From: Camelus ferus
Taxonomy: Eukaryota
DNA: 64,000 nt
NCBI RefSeq assembly: GCF_009834535.1
Contig: NC_045696.1
Span: forward strand, 63,118,001-63,182,000
Reading direction: 5' to 3'
A program made the position numbers and the translations under genes. The notes under the pieces are model-generated. The model did no database searches. It was given only the letters and a program-made list of their open reading frames with translations, and had not been told where the DNA came from. Below are positions 59,035 to 64,000 of the stretch, piece by piece. Positions within the stretch are counted from its first letter, which is position 1. Each line of letters starts with the position of its first letter.

Positions 59035-61750
59035 GAGGCTATTTGAGCTGATGAAGTGGTAGGTGGCAGGAGAGAGGGTGAAGGAAGGAGGGGAGGGGTA
59101 GATGGGAGACATTTCGGAATTAAACACCTCCTCCACTCCTCATCTCTGCGTTCAGCATGCCAGAAGGCTCATTTATTTCTCACTCCTACAGTATGATATG
59201 GGGGCGGTAGGGGGTGGTGCTCCCACATAGCTGTCTTCTAGAGACAGAGGCATCCTGGCTGGGCCCATCTGGTAACTGCACCATCTTGGAATCCTTTGTT
59301 TCCAGCCAGATGGGCAGAAGGGAAAGTAAAGTATTTCTTCACTACTGTGAACTAGCGATGACCTATAATTTTCACTAGCTTCTGTGGGTGAGGATTAGTC
59401 ATACGTCTGCCTAGACAGCAGGGGCTGGGAAACCTCCTTTAGCCTGTGGGCCCAGGAAGTGAGCCTGGCTAGGGAACACAGTCAACTCTGGGCTGCAGGG
59501 CTGACTCACAGGAGCAGGGGCACCTGTGCCGCTCACACCTTGTGTGACTTTCATAGGCTGGCCCACTGGCAGGGGGCTGCCCTGTTAGGAGGGAGGAGCT
59601 GTTGGTGACCCCAGTAGAAGGGAGTTTCCTTTGGTGCCTCCTCACCCCAAATCACATCCTGCTGCCCTGTCTGGGCTGTCCCTGGTGCGGGTTGGCTGGG
59701 AAGTGACCAAGGCAATTCCTCTTGTAAATGGCAGAGCCCTGTACTTTGTGTGTATTGTGGTCAGGCTTTTCCAGGCTGTACACCTGTAATGCTCCTTCCA
59801 ACACTGGGATTTGATGAATATTCAGGAGCTTTGGGTTCTCACCCTGCCTCTACAAATACTTTATCCTCTGATCTCAGCGGAGCCCTTTCTGGGTCTTCAT
59901 GTCCCTAACTGCAAAGGGGGAGCGTTGGCCTGGATGACAATGTTCTTTCTGGGACTGAGAGTCTACTTCCTCTTAGGGACTAGCTGGAATCAGCCCACTT
60001 CTACCTCTCCTTAGCCCTTGGAATGGAATGAGGAGTTCTGGCTGTGTCTTTGGCCCCACCTGATCCTGCCCCAAATTGCTTAACAAACCCAGGGACTATT
60101 GCAGCTGAACAGCTGCTGGCATTCTGTTGCTGGCAACTATCCCAAAAAAACAATGGGTAGAGGGAGAGACCCAAGGGTGTGTGTGCCAGGGCCAGAGGTC
60201 AGATTTCAAGGCAGCAAAACGTTCTGCCTGCTGCGACCTTTGTGAGATCCAGGTTGTGAGCAAGGCCTAGAGCACCCCTAGATGTGAGATCATGTACAAC
60301 AGTCAGGGTCCCAGCAGGCAACAGGTGCCTACTCAAAAGTGTTTAACGGCAGTTGGGGAGGAGAAGAAGAGCTTAATGAAGGGACTGTGTACAAAGGTGT
60401 ATCCAGAGTTAAGGGGCCAATACAGAATAGTGAGGCCCCTTGGGACTGGATCAGGCCTGAAGGGCAAGGGGAGGAGATGGTGTGGCTGGAAACTGTGGGA
60501 GCTAGAGTCATGGGACAGGGGCCTTCCGACAGAAGCCAGGGCCACAGACGCATGTGATTGCTGCCAGAAGCGCAGTAAAGCAGGCAGGAAGGCAGTGGCA
60601 TGGAGTGGGGAATATGTCAACCTGGGATCTCTTCCCAGTGCCTTCCATTGGCCCCACCCAATAAGAAGCCAAAGGGATAGGGAGCCTAGTGATGCAGTTA
60701 TAGAGGACACAGAGGGCAAAGAGCAGGGCTGGGAAGGGATGGTGGAGGCATGTGGAAAAGAACCAGGGCCCAAATCTCAGGTCTTACCCGGTCTTTCCCC
60801 CATTCTCCGTGGGAAGACTTTGAATGGCTTGGACCTGGTGGTACACTCCCACTGAAGTCCCCAGCCATGTGGGTGACAATAGGAATAATGAAGATGGTGA
60901 CGTTATATTGTTTATATAACCAGATTCTCCCGCAATGATATCTGGTTACCTGGAGCATCTTGGACAGCATCTGAAGGAGCCAGGGTGAATTCTTGGCATC
61001 TTTCCTTTGAGATTGCTTTTAGATACAGATTTGGACCCTGTTCTGCCTTTTTCCTGAGTGGTAACACTAGCTTTCTGTCAGTCCTTTGAGAGTTAGAAGA
61101 CTGGGATAAATTTAGACCAGAGAGTTATTGTACCAGAGCCAATATTTTAAACACTTGATTTTTTACATGACCTTGACCTCTGTGCCTTGTATAACCACTT
61201 ATTTCTTGTCCTCGGCTTGACCAGCTTCTCATTCTCTCGCCCCCATGCACATGTGTCTCTCCGTGCCCCTGGCAGCTCTGAAGAGTTGGTGTGGTCAGTG
61301 AGACTGGATGTTGGGCTGTGCTCAGTTCCCACTCCATCAGATACCATCACTGTCAAAACAAAGTCAGCTATGTGAAAGCCCTCACCATTCCCCCTGCCTC
61401 CTTCTGGAATGCACTGTTCTGACTCCACGTAAAAAGCAGCCATTTATAAGCATGAGTTGGTACAGAAAACAAGACACAAAACCACAAAAGTGAATATGAC
61501 ATGGCATAGCATGAAACCGGAGCTGTAAACAGGGAGACAGAGATGAAATCATAAACAAGATGCCTTTTCAAGATTAATACCCATGAGATATGAGGGCCAA
61601 AAAATTGGACCTCAGGTATTTCTTTTACTTTTCTGCATATCCACACTCACTATGGAATTACTATCAATAGCTGACTTGCTTCTGGCATTTAAAAAACTCT
61701 TTAAACAAATGTGACCATGCCTTTTAGCATTACTGAAAAAGAAAAAAGAA

Positions 61751-61880
61751 GGGAGGAGGGTATAGTTCAGTGGTAGAGTGCTTGCCTAGCACGCACAAAG
61801 TCCTATGTTCAACCTCCAGTACCTCCACTTAAAAAATAAGTAAATAAATAAACCTAATCACCCCCCAAAAAAGGAAAATA
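61751..61880 (+). mobile_element. Vic-1 type SINE
   Basis: tRNA-Ala-like head plus 'aaataaataaacctaatcacccccc' tail. Confidence 0.85.
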
Positions 61881-62259
61881 TATATATATATTTCTTACCC
61901 TGCAATAAAAAACTCTTTAATAGGTCATGAAATTAATTTTTAATAGAGTATGGACAGCGTTTTTCAAAACAGTGAAATAGAGTGAAAACCATCATAAGCA
62001 TCAGAGTGTATTGCACAGAGCAAAGTGTTGGATAATGCAGGCAGGCAAACGTGTGCTGGGTGTGAATGTAGGATGCGCTCTGCCCTGGGCCTCCGTGTTG
62101 AGAGTTGGCTGGGTGTCAGGGCACTTGGGCACTGGTTCCAGCACAGCTCTTAAATCTTCCAAGTGGCCTCCTCTAGACAGCTGTCCTCTCTGACCTTGGT
62201 ATCTTTATATGAAAGTGATACATTTGGACCGAATGAACCATAAGAGCCTTTCAATCTCC

Positions 62260-63220
62260 CAATTTAACACGTATCTATTGAGTACTTACTAGATGCTAAG
62301 TATTGGGGGTTTAGCAGCAAGATCTTGCCCTCCCTGAGTTTGTATTTTGGTGGTGGGGGGGGTGATGTCATACAATAAACAAACAAATGAATAGATAAAA
62401 TGCTGGGTGGTGATAAGTGCAAAGAAGAAAGATAAAGCAAGATAAGGGAGCTATAGAACAATGAAGGGAGGGGATGCTGTTTTAGATGAAGTGGGCGGAC
62501 GAGGCCACTCTGATAAGGTAGAGACCTTAAGAAAGTGAAAGGATCAAGGCACACAGATATCTGGGGAAAGAATAGATTCTGCCCAGACTGAAAAGTGCTT
62601 GCCTTGTTCCAGGAAGAGGCCAGAGTGGCTGGAGCAGAGTGAGCCAGGGGTAGGGGCAGGGGAGCATCAGAGGGAGGGGCACAGGGCCAGTGAACATGAA
62701 GCCTGGAGAGGGTGTGACCTGATCTGACTTATATTGTAAAAGGACGCCTATAGATTGTAGGAGGTTAGTTAAGAAGCTTCTAGAATACTCCAGAAGCAAG
62801 ATAATGATGTCTGGTTCTAGGATGGTAGAGAGTGGAGGTGAGAGGGATTCTGAAAATATTTTAGAGGTAAAGCAAGTAGAATTTGCCAATGGTTTATATA
62901 AGATGTGAGGGACAAAGAGGAATATACAGTGACTTCAACATTTGAGACCTGAGCTGCTGGAAATGAAGAGTTGTGATTTACAGAGATAATGAAGAAGATG
63001 AGAGAAAAAGGTTTGAGGAAGAGAGGTGAGGAGGGAGATGCTTATGAGAAGTCAGAAATACAAATCTGGAGAGAGGCCTTTGGGAGTAATCAGCACAAGA
63101 TGATATAGAAAGTCACAGGGCTTGGATCGGTGACCTAGGGAGGAGTCGAACAGAGATTACAAGAAGCCCCGGGCCCCTCCTACATAGAGACCCAGAGGAT
63201 GAGAAAGGACCAGCAAACTT
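62260..63220 (-). mobile_element. L2 LINE fragment
   Basis: Starts 'atttaacacgtatctattgagtacttactagatgctaag'; purine-rich L2 blocks; boundaries approximate. Confidence 0.7.
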
Positions 63221-63787
63221 GATTTGACCCTGTGACTCCTTCCAGAAGAGGTTGCTCAATGAGGAGAGGCAAGTCTGGAAAATGTGAATTTTGTTTTGAA
63301 ATAATGAGTATGACTTTCCTATCAATCATTGCCAAACCCATCATTCCTGATTGCAACAAACATAACATCTTGCGCCAACCTAGGTAGAGGACTGCTGGCA
63401 GGGTAAATGGAAATATGTATCAATGGACTCGGATTTTCTTCCAGTTTCTTGGTGTTATGAAAAAACTAGGTGAATTAGAGCTTATTTGCTTTCAGCAAAT
63501 GATTCCCAGCTGGAAGACATTGATTTCCAGGGCTTCCCCAGCAGCCCCCAAGCTTTGCAGGGAGGCTGCAAGACTGGGTTTCCCCATCTTGGCTCCAGTC
63601 AATGCCACAAAGATTAATTGCAGTACCAAGTTGTGAACTCTCCTGAGAATTCCTCTCTTTCCCTGAAGGCCAGAGAGACCTGCCTCGTGATGGAAGCTTC
63701 AGCACATGCTGTTTCAGTGCTTTCTCAGGCTGCAGAAAAAATTTGAAGAGAATCAAATGTAACCCTTGATTCATTAAAATGTGTCCT

Positions 63788-63891
63788 GGGGGAGGGGTGG
63801 TGGTGTGGGGTATAGCTCAGTGGTAGAGTGCATGCTTAGCATGCATGAGGTCCTGAGTTCAATCCCCCGTACCACCATTAGAAAAAAAAAA
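63788..63891 (+). mobile_element. Vic-1 type SINE
   Basis: GGGGTATAGCTCAGTGGTAGAGTGCATGCTTAGCATGCATGAGGTCCTGAGTTCAATCCCC plus poly-A. Confidence 0.9.
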
Positions 63892-64000
63892 GTCCTCTGG
63901 AAAAAGGATTCCAAAATGTAATGTTCATCAAAACATGTGGGACTGCAGGGTGTGTCTTTCTGTTAGTGCTGGATTTCGACTGGAATTTCTGTGGGCCATT

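Noticed and set aside
60292..60855. 187-aa ORF and overlapping antisense ORFs
   Set aside because: No recognisable domain or exon structure; reads like a degraded LTR-type repeat
38200..64000. Exons of a neighbouring gene such as ATP13A3
   Set aside because: No P-type ATPase or other recognisable coding exon found by eye; short exons could have been missed
1..64000. CRISPR arrays, rRNA, or prokaryotic-type operons
   Set aside because: None seen; composition and repeats are mammalian throughout

Overview
Mammalian genomic DNA, most likely camelid: six tRNA-Ala-derived SINEs match the camelid Vic-1 family. The first 34 kb hold the complete TMEM44 gene on the + strand. It has a CpG-island promoter, 11 coding exons (5857-33156, about 441 aa) and AATAAA at 33945. 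Its splicing is unusual: a U12-type intron 6, a probable GC-AG intron 7 with two tandem GC donors, and a 33-nt NAGNAG micro-exon. The most notable signal lies tail-to-tail with TMEM44 on the - strand (about 36080-37242). It is an intronless, frameshifted retrocopy of the NSMCE4A/EID3 family (SMC5/6 kleisin), mostly invisible in the ORF track. It keeps a poly(A) signal and tail remnant, an 87-aa residual ORF covering the MAGE-binding region, and an apparently intact CpG-island promoter with a pure (CGG)29 repeat. The remaining 38-64 kb is intergenic, with L1, L2, MIR, MaLR/ERV LTRs and hAT elements. It also contains a perfect 72-bp tandem duplication abutting an internal L1 fragment. Protein and repeat-family identifications rest on recalled sequences; no database search was run.
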